Positions 44,799 to 54,057 of a DNA stretch of 64,000 nucleotides are shown here, piece by piece (position 1 is the first letter of the stretch; the number at the start of each line of letters is the position of its first letter). The notes beneath the pieces are model-generated. The model was given only the letters and a program-made list of their open reading frames with translations, was not told where the DNA came from and searched no databases. Location: NCBI GenBank assembly GCA_014360755.1, contig JACIWX010000004.1, positions 13,172-77,171 on the forward strand, given 5' to 3'. Source of the stretch: Chloroflexota bacterium. GTDB taxonomy: Bacteria > Chloroflexota > Anaerolineae > UBA2200. A program made the translations under genes and the position numbers.

Positions 44799-46078
44799 TT
44801 GGCATCCTCCTGCACCAGTCGCGCTACTTTTTGCCCCATCTCCACTGCATAATTTGATCCCCTATCCCAAGGATAGACCTGGCTCATGCTGGCGAAATAT
44901 AGACCCGCTACAGGGGTGCGGACGGCTGGGATTTGTCGGGAATAGTAAACGGGCACAACCGGTTGCGCATATTTGCGCCGAAACAGCCAGCTTTTGCGCA
45001 CCCAAGATGGTTCAAACGCCGCATTAAACGCAGTCATGGCAGGCAGGAACTCTTGCAAGATTTCCTCTTCGCTCATGCGAAAGTAACGGTGCTCTGGCGG
45101 CGGATAGGCCCCCAGGTAAACAATGTAGTCACCACCATAATGTTCTGGAGACTGATAGTTCGTGTGCTCTACAAAAGCCAGGAAGGGGAATTCGCCTTTG
45201 GGCAGATTGATCCAATAGAAGCCATCCGTAACGGGCCGCTTCAAAGCGAGGATGAGAGTTAAAGCACCAATAGCGCGTAACTCGCGTATCTGCGCGGCAT
45301 AATGCTCTGGCAAGTCCGTTGCTAGGTGGAGCATCGTCTGCGGTGGAACCGTCGCAATCACCGCCTCAAACTCATGCACCCCTTTTGCTTCATATAAACG
45401 GAGCCTTGGTGCCGTTCCTGTGATACGATATACTGGCGTATTCAGGCGGATGACTCCACCTTGAGCCTGCACTTTGTCCATCAGGGCATTGATGAGCGTC
45501 TGATAGCCCCCAATGTAGTAACCCAAGCGCGGCGTGCGCTTGTGAAAGCGCGCCCAGAACCAAGCCATGTTGACTTCTCGGTAATAGTCTCCGAACTTGC
45601 CCGCTAGCAGCGGCTCCCAGAGCGCTTGATAGGCTCGTTGTCCTACGTAGCGAGGGAGCCACTCGTGCGCTGTGACGCGTTCCAGCGGTTGCCAGTTCTG
45701 GGAAAGCCGCAAGTAGAGGATCACGAGCCCAACGCGCATTTTGTCCACAAAGGATAGATATGGATAGCGCAGCACAGCAAGCGGGCTGTCAAAAGCATGG
45801 GCACCGCCGTTTTGCCAGATGGCGGTGATCGGCCTGGGGAAGAACACTTTGTCTGCAATCCCCAGCTCTCGATTCAGGTTCAATAGGATGTGGTCCGAGG
45901 CGAAGATGTGATGATAAAACATCTCCAGTGGCCACTCCCAATTTTCGTCTTTGAAAGTTCCACTCAAGCCGCCAGCCTGGGGTGCTTGCTCAAAAACGGT
46001 TACTTTGTGCCCTTGTTTGCCCAACTCATATGCGGCTGTCAGGCCCGTGAAGCCCGCACCAATGATGCCAATCTCCAT
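44795..46078 (-). CDS. FAD-dependent oxidoreductase (amine oxidase / phytoene desaturase-like)
   Basis: MEIGIIGAGFTGLTAAYEL dinucleotide motif at the proposed start. The ORF track start at 46222 would overlap the SWIM gene. Confidence 0.8.
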   Translation of the reverse strand: MEIGIIGAGFTGLTAAYELGKQGHKVTVFEQAPQAGGLSGTFKDENWEWPLEMFYHHIFASDHILLNLNRELGIADKVFFPRPITAIWQNGGAHAFDSPLAVLRYPYLSFVDKMRVGLVILYLRLSQNWQPLERVTAHEWLPRYVGQRAYQALWEPLLAGKFGDYYREVNMAWFWARFHKRTPRLGYYIGGYQTLINALMDKVQAQGGVIRLNTPVYRITGTAPRLRLYEAKGVHEFEAVIATVPPQTMLHLATDLPEHYAAQIRELRAIGALTLILALKRPVTDGFYWINLPKGEFPFLAFVEHTNYQSPEHYGGDYIVYLGAYPPPEHRYFRMSEEEILQEFLPAMTAFNAAFEPSWVRKSWLFRRKYAQPVVPVYYSRQIPAVRTPVAGLYFASMSQVYPWDRGSNYAVEMGQKVARLVQEDAN

Positions 46079-46119
46079 ATCCTCATTGCTCCTATCCCAT
46101 TCACCGGCATTGCCGCGTG

Positions 46120-46359
46120 CTACTGCCCCTTCTCTGGCAGCATGCCAGCCAGAATCCGTTCCATAGCCATTGTATGACTGCATACCCCTCGCTGCGCGAA
46201 GAAGTGACAGCCGCATTGCCACAATCCATGATCGTAACGAACGGTGTAGGTATCATGGTCGCCCCGAAAAGTCACAGCGAATTGCAGAAAACACACACGA
46301 TCCTTTTCTCCCGCGTAGCGCCTTGCTTTTTCGATCTTGCTCACCATCCCCGAGTCCAT
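46120..46359 (-). CDS. Small SWIM zinc-finger protein
   Basis: The CxC...CxH signature is WQCGCHFFAQRGVCSH; 79 aa. Confidence 0.65.
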   Translation of the reverse strand: MDSGMVSKIEKARRYAGEKDRVCFLQFAVTFRGDHDTYTVRYDHGLWQCGCHFFAQRGVCSHTMAMERILAGMLPEKGQ

Positions 46360-46368
46360 ACGTCCTCC

Positions 46369-47460
46369 TTACTGACAATCAGCCTGAGTTTCACTCAACC
46401 TTTTCTTGACAAAATTAATGTTCCCAATAGACCATGGATCAACCTGATACAACATAGCCAAATAAAAAGCGACGTAATCACCAAAATGCACTGCTGACAA
46501 CATCTGTGCGAGTTTGCTGCGACCGCGCGCTTCAATTATATCGAAAGAGAGGCCATCCCGGTGCAGCAAATCGCGCACAATCTCGAAACGCATTTGTACG
46601 CGGGGATGGTTCAATGAGGAAACCAGCATCACCACATGGACGTGTTGTGGCAAATCGGATGGAGCGGGGTAGCCTACCACTGAGTTGTGGCAGAGCTCAG
46701 GCAATACGTCGAAGAAAGCCCATGTTTTCGCGTTTTCATTGAACTGTCCCTTCCAACGACGTGCAACTTCGCTCAAGTGCTCCGCGCCATATACTACAGG
46801 CATCCGCCCGTAGAGCTTTTGGGCGAGCGATTTGGCTGCATTTTCTGGGGCAGGCACTGTCTCTCGAATCTCTTCCTGCCATTGGCGCATGACTGTGATG
46901 GCTTCAGCGACATCGGCTGACTTGTCGCTCACCAACCCCAGGCGCTGGACAATGCCCAGCAAAGACATGAAGGCGTAGCCAAGCGCCGCCCGAGGCTGTG
47001 TCTTGTAATGATATAAATACAGGGGCAGGCCATGCGCGCGGGTGCGCTGTGCCAGCTCACCACCTGTGGCAATGGACAGCAGTTTTGCACCACGCCGTAA
47101 GGCTTCTTCAAAGCCGCTCAGCGTTTCTTCTGTGTTCCCGGAATAACTGCAGGCAATAACCAACGTGCGCTGGTCAACGAAAGCTGGCACGCCATAGTCC
47201 CTGTGCACAATGATTGGGAGCGAACACTCCTCGAGCAATAGACAGCGCAGTAAATCGCCGCCAATTGCTGAACCACCCATGCCTAGGATGACCACTTGAT
47301 CCACCTGCTGATAGCTATCTGGCAATGCCAGCCCTTGGATTTCTTTCCAAGCCTCCGCGCATTGCTGGGGCAATCCTGCGATATGGTTCAGCATTCCCTG
47401 TGGATCAAACGCGGAAAAGTTTTGGTAAGCATCCAGGTCAAGCATGGTTTCCTCTTTCAC
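46369..47460 (-). CDS. Bifunctional phosphoglucose/phosphomannose isomerase (SIS domain)
   Basis: LGMGGSAIGGDL and SYSGNTEETL SIS motifs; the N-terminal pattern is typical of the PGI/PMI family. The start could be the Met at 47445. Confidence 0.85.
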   Translation of the reverse strand: MKEETMLDLDAYQNFSAFDPQGMLNHIAGLPQQCAEAWKEIQGLALPDSYQQVDQVVILGMGGSAIGGDLLRCLLLEECSLPIIVHRDYGVPAFVDQRTLVIACSYSGNTEETLSGFEEALRRGAKLLSIATGGELAQRTRAHGLPLYLYHYKTQPRAALGYAFMSLLGIVQRLGLVSDKSADVAEAITVMRQWQEEIRETVPAPENAAKSLAQKLYGRMPVVYGAEHLSEVARRWKGQFNENAKTWAFFDVLPELCHNSVVGYPAPSDLPQHVHVVMLVSSLNHPRVQMRFEIVRDLLHRDGLSFDIIEARGRSKLAQMLSAVHFGDYVAFYLAMLYQVDPWSIGNINFVKKRLSETQADCQ

Positions 47461-47497
47461 AACGATGATGGTTCTGCTGTTTGATGGGCATCTCGCC

Positions 47498-48343
47498 TCA
47501 TTTATTGTTCTCGCTTTGCCCTAGTTCTTGTACCGCGAGGCGGTAGACAGTGCGTCTGGGCCAGTGTGCCATACGGGCAACCTGGCATGCGGCATCGCGA
47601 CGACTCATCCCGCTTTGGATCATCTCAAATAATACCCGCCGCACACGTGACTCCTCCCAGGCACTTTCTTCATGGTCAGGCGCGCCAGCGAGCACCAGTG
47701 TAAACTCTCCACGTGGAGCATTTTGGCGAAAGTGGGTCAAGGCGGTCTGAACCGTTCCGCGCCAGATCTCTTCATATTTCTTGGTCAATTCACAGGCGAC
47801 TACCAACTGTCTGTCCCCGCAAATGGCGAGGATGTCTTCCAGGGCAGCCAGCAGGCGATGTGGTGCCTCAAAGCAGACGATGGTACGCGGTTCATCACGT
47901 ATAGAAGCCAGCACCCGCTGTCGAGCAGGGCGACGCCGGGGAAGGAAACCGAGGAAGATGAAGCTGTCTGTCGGAAGACCTGATACGGCAAGGGCAGCTA
48001 GGACCGCGGAGGGTCCTGGCACGACTTGCACAGGGAAGCCAGCAGCGATTACTGCCTGCACCAGACGGTATCCCGGGTCGGAGATGGTCGGCATGCCTGC
48101 TTCTGAGACCAGGGCAACATTCTGTGTTTCCAGAGCCTGCAAGATCTCTTCCTGTCTGACCAATTCGTTGTGTTCGAAGAAGCTGATCATCGGCGTGTGA
48201 ATGTCATAGCGGGTCAGGAGTTTGGCTGTTGTCCGTGTATCTTCCGCAGCGATAAGTTGCACCTCTCGCAATACGCGCAATGCGCGTAGGGTAATGTCTT
48301 CTAAATTTCCAATCGGTGTCGCTACGACATACAGTACGCCCAT
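47498..48343 (-). CDS. rsmI: 16S rRNA (cytidine1402-2'-O)-methyltransferase
   Basis: LYVVATPIGNLEDITLRALRVL, AEDTR and ISDPG motifs. Confidence 0.93.
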   Translation of the reverse strand: MGVLYVVATPIGNLEDITLRALRVLREVQLIAAEDTRTTAKLLTRYDIHTPMISFFEHNELVRQEEILQALETQNVALVSEAGMPTISDPGYRLVQAVIAAGFPVQVVPGPSAVLAALAVSGLPTDSFIFLGFLPRRRPARQRVLASIRDEPRTIVCFEAPHRLLAALEDILAICGDRQLVVACELTKKYEEIWRGTVQTALTHFRQNAPRGEFTLVLAGAPDHEESAWEESRVRRVLFEMIQSGMSRRDAACQVARMAHWPRRTVYRLAVQELGQSENNK

Positions 48344-48399
48344 CAGTTCGAATTATAACAGAGAAATCGCCCCATGCCTAACACTGTATCCAGAGGCTG

Positions 48400-49341
48400 T
48401 CATGCCCTCGCAGGCGAGCGACCTGATAGACGGCGGAAGAGGTTACGCCATTCCCCTTTCTCCCAGACGACAAGAAGGGGCACAGCGGTGAAGATGGATG
48501 AGTAGGTGCCGCTGAGCAAGCCTATCAGCAGGGTGGCAACAAACTGGTGGATAGTCGCTCCTCCAAAGAACAAGATAGCCACAAGGATAAAGATTGCATT
48601 CAATTGTGTAGCCAATGAGCGATGGATTGTCTCCAATAGGCTACGGTTAACAATCAACTCATACGGTTCGCCGCGACGCTTGGGGATATTCTCGCGGATG
48701 CGGTCAAAGACCACAATGGTATCCTGTACGGAATAGCCGGTCACGGTGAGCATGGCTGTAAGAAAGAGGGCATCAGCTTCCCAACCTAGCAATAAGCCAA
48801 AAAGGGAGAAGACTCCCATAGTAACCAAGACGTCATGCAATGTCGCGGCGGTAGCACAAATGCCATAGCGCAGGGCATTAGGCACTTTCCGCCAGGCAAA
48901 GATAATAAAGCTCATGATCACGATGGCAGCCGCAGCGATTGCCGTGATGGCGCTGCGCGTGACCTCGCGTCCTACCGTAGGGCCTACCTGATCGAAACGC
49001 AATTCAGTCAAGGGCCCGAACCTATCCACCAAGTCGGCCTGAATCTTAGCCTTCTCCCCTTCTTCCAGCTCTTTCGAACGGATCAGAACCGTCTTGGCAT
49101 CCAGAGTCGTCTGCACCAACGTGTCGCCATAGCCATGCTCGACGAACACTTGCCGAACCTCGGCAGGCGTCACCGGTTGCTCGAAAGCCAATTCCATAAG
49201 CGCGCCGCCGGTAAAATCAATACTCAACCGCACCGGACTGCCAAACCGTACCATGGAGATACCCATGGCGATCAGGCCAGGTACGATAATCAAAGCGGAA
49301 ATCAAAAAGTACCAGTATCGCTTGCCAACAATGTCTGTCAT
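48400..49341 (-). CDS. secF: Protein translocase subunit SecF
   Basis: Six-TM layout, IDFTGG and VVFDRIREN motifs; lies directly downstream of secD. Confidence 0.92.
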   Translation of the reverse strand: MTDIVGKRYWYFLISALIIVPGLIAMGISMVRFGSPVRLSIDFTGGALMELAFEQPVTPAEVRQVFVEHGYGDTLVQTTLDAKTVLIRSKELEEGEKAKIQADLVDRFGPLTELRFDQVGPTVGREVTRSAITAIAAAAIVIMSFIIFAWRKVPNALRYGICATAATLHDVLVTMGVFSLFGLLLGWEADALFLTAMLTVTGYSVQDTIVVFDRIRENIPKRRGEPYELIVNRSLLETIHRSLATQLNAIFILVAILFFGGATIHQFVATLLIGLLSGTYSSIFTAVPLLVVWEKGEWRNLFRRLSGRSPARA

Positions 49342-49423
49342 GAAACCTCCACAAAAATCGCGGGATTCAAGCCCCTGTTTGTCGTAGGCACTTCAGCATC
49401 TGAAAAATCGCGCCCTTGGGATG

Positions 49424-50893
49424 TTACAAACCGATCAGCCATTTGCTGTCGCGCAGGTTCTCGCCCCCGATCGCGTAAAGTGTACGGATAATGGTGCGTG
49501 TAACGGTGATCGCGGTGAACATGCTGACTAGCACGCCCAGGAAAAGTGTAACAGCAAAGCCTTTGACCATGCTGGCACCAAAATTGGAACCAAACCAGTA
49601 AAGAATCACACAGGTAATCAGAGTGGAAAGGTTGGAATCTCGAATAGAAGTCCAAGCGCGGTCAAAACCCGCTTGAATAGCTGAGCCGAACCGTTTTCCT
49701 TGGCGAAGTTCTTCCTTCATGCGTTCGAAAATCAAGATATTGGCATCTACCGCAGTGCCTACAGAAAATAGAAAGCCAGCCACACCAGGCAAAGTCAATG
49801 TTACAGGGATCAATTTGAATAAACTGAAAGTGACCAGCGCATAGAGAACCAGTGCAATGTCAGCTACTATGCCATGCAGGCGATAGTAGACCAGCATGAA
49901 CAGTAGGACGATGATGACACCGATGATGCCCGCGCGGGTGCTCTTGGCGACCGAATCTTGACCCAAAGTAGGGCCTACGGTACGGTTTTGGATGACTTTC
50001 AGTGGTACAGGCAGCGCGCCATAGCGCAATTGGATGACAATGCTGCGCGCTTCCGAGAGCTTAAAGTCACCAGTGATACGTCCTGATCCTTCCGTGATAG
50101 CGCTTTCGATGCGCGGGCAGGAGATGATCACCCCGTCCATCGCAATAGCCAGATAACGTCCAATGTTGGCTGCCGTATGCTCGGCAAAGATTTTTGCTCC
50201 CTCTTCGGTGAGAGTGAAATTGATCTGTGGCCGGCCGTATTCATCCTGTCCGACCTGTGCCGTCTTCAAGTGTCTTCCAGTGATCACCGTGCGGAAGATA
50301 CGCGGACGCGGGGTAGGTGAAGGCGTGGCTTCAGCGGTTACCGTGGGCGAGATGGCTTCCGTAGGAGTAACCGCTGGGGTAGGCGTCGCTGTCTCTGTAG
50401 CGGTTGCGGTTGGTTCAGGCGTAGGCGTTGGGATGCCGAATTCACCGCTCTCTCGGAAGCTGGTCTGAACTTCTAGACCCGGGGGCAGAAAAGTATTGCC
50501 AGCGTCTACGAATTCCAGGAGGCCGGTCTGGCGCAGAGTGGAAATAGCCAGTTCAGGATCCTGAATGCCAGGCAATTCGACCACAATCCGGTTGGAGCCT
50601 GCCAGTTGTACAATAGGCTCTACTACTCCTAGGCCATTCACCCGGTTGTCAATAATTCCTTTGACTGCGGCCATAGCATCTGCATCTACCTGTTGTCCCG
50701 GGGGCAAATCAGCTTCCAGTACTACCTGTACACCACCTTGCAGATCAAGGCCACGATGCACTTTGATGTCCCGGTCAAAGTGAATTGGGCCAAAATGGAT
50801 ATGCAAGCCAGGATTATTAGGCCAGACAATCCAGATGGTGATGCCTGTCAAAATGATGATGAGCATCAATAGAGTCATGTCACGCTGCTGCAT
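49424..50893 (-). CDS. secD: Protein translocase subunit SecD with a Thr/Pro-rich insertion in the periplasmic domain
   Basis: LGLDLQGG, GPTLG and LIFERMKEE motifs. The ORF track start is 50935; the Met at 50893 is preferred. Confidence 0.92.
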   Translation of the reverse strand: MQQRDMTLLMLIIILTGITIWIVWPNNPGLHIHFGPIHFDRDIKVHRGLDLQGGVQVVLEADLPPGQQVDADAMAAVKGIIDNRVNGLGVVEPIVQLAGSNRIVVELPGIQDPELAISTLRQTGLLEFVDAGNTFLPPGLEVQTSFRESGEFGIPTPTPEPTATATETATPTPAVTPTEAISPTVTAEATPSPTPRPRIFRTVITGRHLKTAQVGQDEYGRPQINFTLTEEGAKIFAEHTAANIGRYLAIAMDGVIISCPRIESAITEGSGRITGDFKLSEARSIVIQLRYGALPVPLKVIQNRTVGPTLGQDSVAKSTRAGIIGVIIVLLFMLVYYRLHGIVADIALVLYALVTFSLFKLIPVTLTLPGVAGFLFSVGTAVDANILIFERMKEELRQGKRFGSAIQAGFDRAWTSIRDSNLSTLITCVILYWFGSNFGASMVKGFAVTLFLGVLVSMFTAITVTRTIIRTLYAIGGENLRDSKWLIGL

Positions 50894-50984
50894 CGAAATC
50901 CTCCAAAAGTTTGAGCAGGCAAATAATAACCACACCCTGCCGGGTGTGGCCGGCTTGTGCCTGTTCAGGTTGCTCGATTATATG

Positions 50985-51362
50985 CTATCCTCCCTGACCT
51001 GTCAAATGATCCTTGCGCTTGGACGTATAATGCTCCAGGAACTCTCGCACCTTGTCCAGCACCTGCGATTCAGTGAGTTCGTCGGTCATGATGTACAAAT
51101 CGCAGTGGGCACGGGCATGGGCTAGACGTCGCCGTTGCTCCTCCACACATCCCGTCACATAGTGGCGCTGCCCGCGCCGATAGACCACCTCTTCGCTCGC
51201 ATCTAGGTAAATCAGCACGTCAGGTCGAGAGATAACCTGCCACATATAAGGGACTTCGGAATGCTCCTGTCCGCATTCGCGTACCTCATAACCCAACTTG
51301 CGCAGCCCTTGCGCTAAGGCAGTTTTGCCACTTCCACAAACGCCTACCAGCACTATGCGCAT
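50985..51362 (-). CDS. Small P-loop NTPase / kinase-like protein
   Basis: Walker A GVCGSGKT at the N-terminus; 125 aa. Confidence 0.5.
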   Translation of the reverse strand: MRIVLVGVCGSGKTALAQGLRKLGYEVRECGQEHSEVPYMWQVISRPDVLIYLDASEEVVYRRGQRHYVTGCVEEQRRRLAHARAHCDLYIMTDELTESQVLDKVREFLEHYTSKRKDHLTGQGG

Positions 51363-51407
51363 GATATCGCCCCTTATCTTACTGTGGGCATGCCAGTTGC
51401 GATTTTC

Positions 51408-52142
51408 TCAAAAAGGAGGCAATGGAAAGCGAACGGCCAGCCGCCGGATATTGTCCGTTGTTTGAATGGGTACAAGAGCCAGCACAAGCACGCTCATATC
51501 GTCTTGTGGGCGGCCCTGGTCTAACTCTATGGCGCGTGCCAACAGAGCATCAGCCAACGCGGAGGCGGTGCACTGGTTCTGTTTGACCAGAGGCGCGGCA
51601 TAGGCCATCACATCAAACGGCGTGCCAAACCGGCGCCCTGCATGGAGCACGCCATCTGTGAATGTGATCACCCAGATGTTGGCTGCTATTGGGATTTCGG
51701 TAATGATCGGCTTTGTGCCCATATAAATACCAATAGGCTGGGTGGGCTCATCAAGCGTATGCCACCCCTCCTTGTCCAATAGCAGCACTGGACAATGGGT
51801 GTTACGGGATACGACCAATGTGCGTGTAACCAGGTCAAGCGAAACCATACTGAGTTCAGCGGATACTTTGCCTTGGCGATAGGTACGCAGGTAATCATGC
51901 GCGGCTCTGGCTACTGCGCCATCCCGCACGCCTTCAGCCAGCAAGGAGATGGCTTTGCGTGCTACCAGGTTGCTAATGCGTTTGGCAGATAGCCCACTCT
52001 GCTGGCCATCCGCGAGGACCAGCGACAATCCCCCATGAGGCCGCTCGATCATCTCCAAGGTGTCACCGCTTTCCTGGACCGCGTACTTGCTGATTTTGGC
52101 TACTCCCACCTGCAGTTCTAGTTCTTCTTTCTGCGTTTGCAT
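51408..52142 (-). CDS. PP2C/SpoIIE-family protein phosphatase-like protein
   Basis: SGDTLEM...LADGQQSG and FTDGVLHAG match the metal-binding Asp motifs. The Met at 52142 is used as the start. Confidence 0.55.
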   Translation of the reverse strand: MQTQKEELELQVGVAKISKYAVQESGDTLEMIERPHGGLSLVLADGQQSGLSAKRISNLVARKAISLLAEGVRDGAVARAAHDYLRTYRQGKVSAELSMVSLDLVTRTLVVSRNTHCPVLLLDKEGWHTLDEPTQPIGIYMGTKPIITEIPIAANIWVITFTDGVLHAGRRFGTPFDVMAYAAPLVKQNQCTASALADALLARAIELDQGRPQDDMSVLVLALVPIQTTDNIRRLAVRFPLPPF

Positions 52143-52232
52143 AGTTGCAATTATAATTCCTGCAGCCCTCTGCTCAAAAGCGAGCAGGAAAACCTTGCAA
52201 AAGTTTGACAAAACACCGCAGTAGTTTCTATA

Positions 52233-52784
52233 ATGAAGATACAGGAGGCCGTGGTGGAAATTACGTTGGGTTTATGTTGGACCTTCTGGGGGTGGGTGGG
52301 AACAGCTTTTTCTCCCCATGGTTTGGCTGGCACCACCTTGCCATTCCCTACACTAGAGGAAGCCATGGCGCCTTTGTTACATAAATGGCCAGGCGCTCAA
52401 GAGGGAGTGCATCCGCGTTTGATGGCTCTGCACGAAAAGTTGCAACGCTATTTTCGAGGCGAACTTGTTGATTTCCGCAATGAGACCCTCGATGTGCATC
52501 AGTGTACTGACTTTCAGGCGCGCGTGTGGGATGTTGTGCGTTCCATTCCTTGCGGACAGGTTCGTTCCTATGGTTGGGTGGCTGCTCAGGTTGGGTCTCC
52601 TCAGGCTGCTCGTGCGGTGGGACGGGTTATGGCTACCAATCCTTTCCCCATTGTGGTGCCCTGTCATCGCGTTGTAGGATGGAATGGCCAATTGGTCGGG
52701 TTTGGCGGCGGGCTGGATATGAAACGCCGCTTGCTCGCACTCGAAGCAGCACAGGCTCAAGGCAGACCGTTCTATACGACGTGA
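52233..52784 (+). CDS. ogt: Methylated-DNA-protein-cysteine methyltransferase
   Basis: Active site VPCHRVVG; the helix-turn-helix region SYGWVAAQVGSPQAARAVG. Confidence 0.9.
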   Translation: MKIQEAVVEITLGLCWTFWGWVGTAFSPHGLAGTTLPFPTLEEAMAPLLHKWPGAQEGVHPRLMALHEKLQRYFRGELVDFRNETLDVHQCTDFQARVWDVVRSIPCGQVRSYGWVAAQVGSPQAARAVGRVMATNPFPIVVPCHRVVGWNGQLVGFGGGLDMKRRLLALEAAQAQGRPFYTT

Positions 52785-52869
52785 TATGTTGATCTAATGG
52801 CGGTGATCGGCTGTGGGTTTGACGAATCAGGTTTTGTGTGGTAAAATTTTTTACACCTGGGTCGCTGCT

Positions 52870-52910
52870 GCCCCCCATTTCTCGTGGTGGAAGTGGGGGG
52901 CTTGTTTATG
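52870..52910 (+). terminator. Rho-independent terminator after ogt
   Basis: gccccccatttc-tcgtggtg-gaagtggggggc is followed by ttgtttatgattt. Confidence 0.65.
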
Positions 52911-52945
52911 ATTTATCTAGCGGATAAGAGAGTAGGTCGCAGCCC

Positions 52946-54052
52946 ATGCGCATAGGTATAGACGCCCGACTGGTTTATTATCGGCAAGCCGGCATTAGCC
53001 AATACACACTTCGTCTCTTGGAAGAATTTGCTGTGATTGATCAAGACGACGAGTTCATTGTCTTTCAAAGTCGTAAGGACCACGCAGCCTTGGTCAATCA
53101 ACCCAATTTTCGCAGACATTCACTGTGGACGCCTCCCCACCATCGTTTGGAGCAAATATTTTTACCTCTGGAAATCGCTATGGTAGACATGGATGTCCTG
53201 CATAGCCCAGATTTCATCCCTCCATTTCGGCGCCGCTGTAAATCCGTTATTACGATTCACGACCTCAACTTCCTGCTCTATCCCCATTTTTTAACCCCTG
53301 AAAGCGCCAGCTACTATGGTCAGATAGACCAAGCAGTTCGTAATTGTGACCACATTATCGCCGTATCGGAGAGTACGAAACGGGATATCGTTCGGCTGAC
53401 AGGTGCACCTGAAAACAAGATTACCGTAGTGTATGAAGCAGCAAATCCTATCTACCGGCCTCTCCAAGACAAACGCCTCTGCCAGCAGGTCAAGGAAAAA
53501 TTCAACATTCACAATGACTATATCCTCTTTGTGAGCACTATCGAACCACGTAAAAATGTGCCTACCTTGCTCATGGCCTATAAGCAATTATTGGACAGTT
53601 ACCACGTGGATGTCAGTTTGCTGTTGGGTGGCGAAAAGGGCTGGCTTTTCGATGAAGTGTTCGCTTTGGTCGAAAAGCTAGGCCTTCAAGGGCGTGCTCG
53701 TTTTCTGGGTCGTGTCTCACCAGAGGATTTACTGGGACTTTACAATGCAGCACGGCTGCTGGTGCACCCCGCTTTTTACGAAGGTTTTGGGCTGCCTCCG
53801 CTAGAAGCCATGGCTTGTGGAACGCCAGTGGTGGCATCCAATACCTCCTCGTTGCCAGAAGTGGTGGGAGATGCGGCGCTTTTGGTCGATCCTACCGATG
53901 TGGATGGCATGGCTGTGGCAATGTGGCGCCTGCTGTCCGATGAGGCACTGCGCCAGCAGATGATCGAGAAAGGATTGAAGCGTGCTCGCCTGTTCTCTTG
54001 GAGAAGGGCAGCGCTGGAAACGTTAGAGATTTACCGCCGCTTGGCACAATAG
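52946..54052 (+). CDS. Glycosyltransferase family 4 (GT-B)
   Basis: The C-terminal EGFGLPPLEAMACGTPVV motif is typical of GT4. Confidence 0.88.
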   Translation: MRIGIDARLVYYRQAGISQYTLRLLEEFAVIDQDDEFIVFQSRKDHAALVNQPNFRRHSLWTPPHHRLEQIFLPLEIAMVDMDVLHSPDFIPPFRRRCKSVITIHDLNFLLYPHFLTPESASYYGQIDQAVRNCDHIIAVSESTKRDIVRLTGAPENKITVVYEAANPIYRPLQDKRLCQQVKEKFNIHNDYILFVSTIEPRKNVPTLLMAYKQLLDSYHVDVSLLLGGEKGWLFDEVFALVEKLGLQGRARFLGRVSPEDLLGLYNAARLLVHPAFYEGFGLPPLEAMACGTPVVASNTSSLPEVVGDAALLVDPTDVDGMAVAMWRLLSDEALRQQMIEKGLKRARLFSWRRAALETLEIYRRLAQ

Positions 54053-54057
54053 CCAAA

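Noticed and set aside
44552-44857. 101-aa plus-strand ORF
   Set aside because: It spans MITE copy 3 and the degenerate relative, and it runs antisense into the oxidoreductase gene.
46079-46222. N-terminal extension of the FAD-oxidoreductase ORF
   Set aside because: It would overlap the SWIM-protein gene. The Rossmann GxGxxG motif follows the internal Met at 46078 immediately.
49338-49655. 105-aa minus-strand ORF bridging secD and secF
   Set aside because: It is out of frame with the 3' end of secD and has no motif. The secD-secF gap is better left non-coding.
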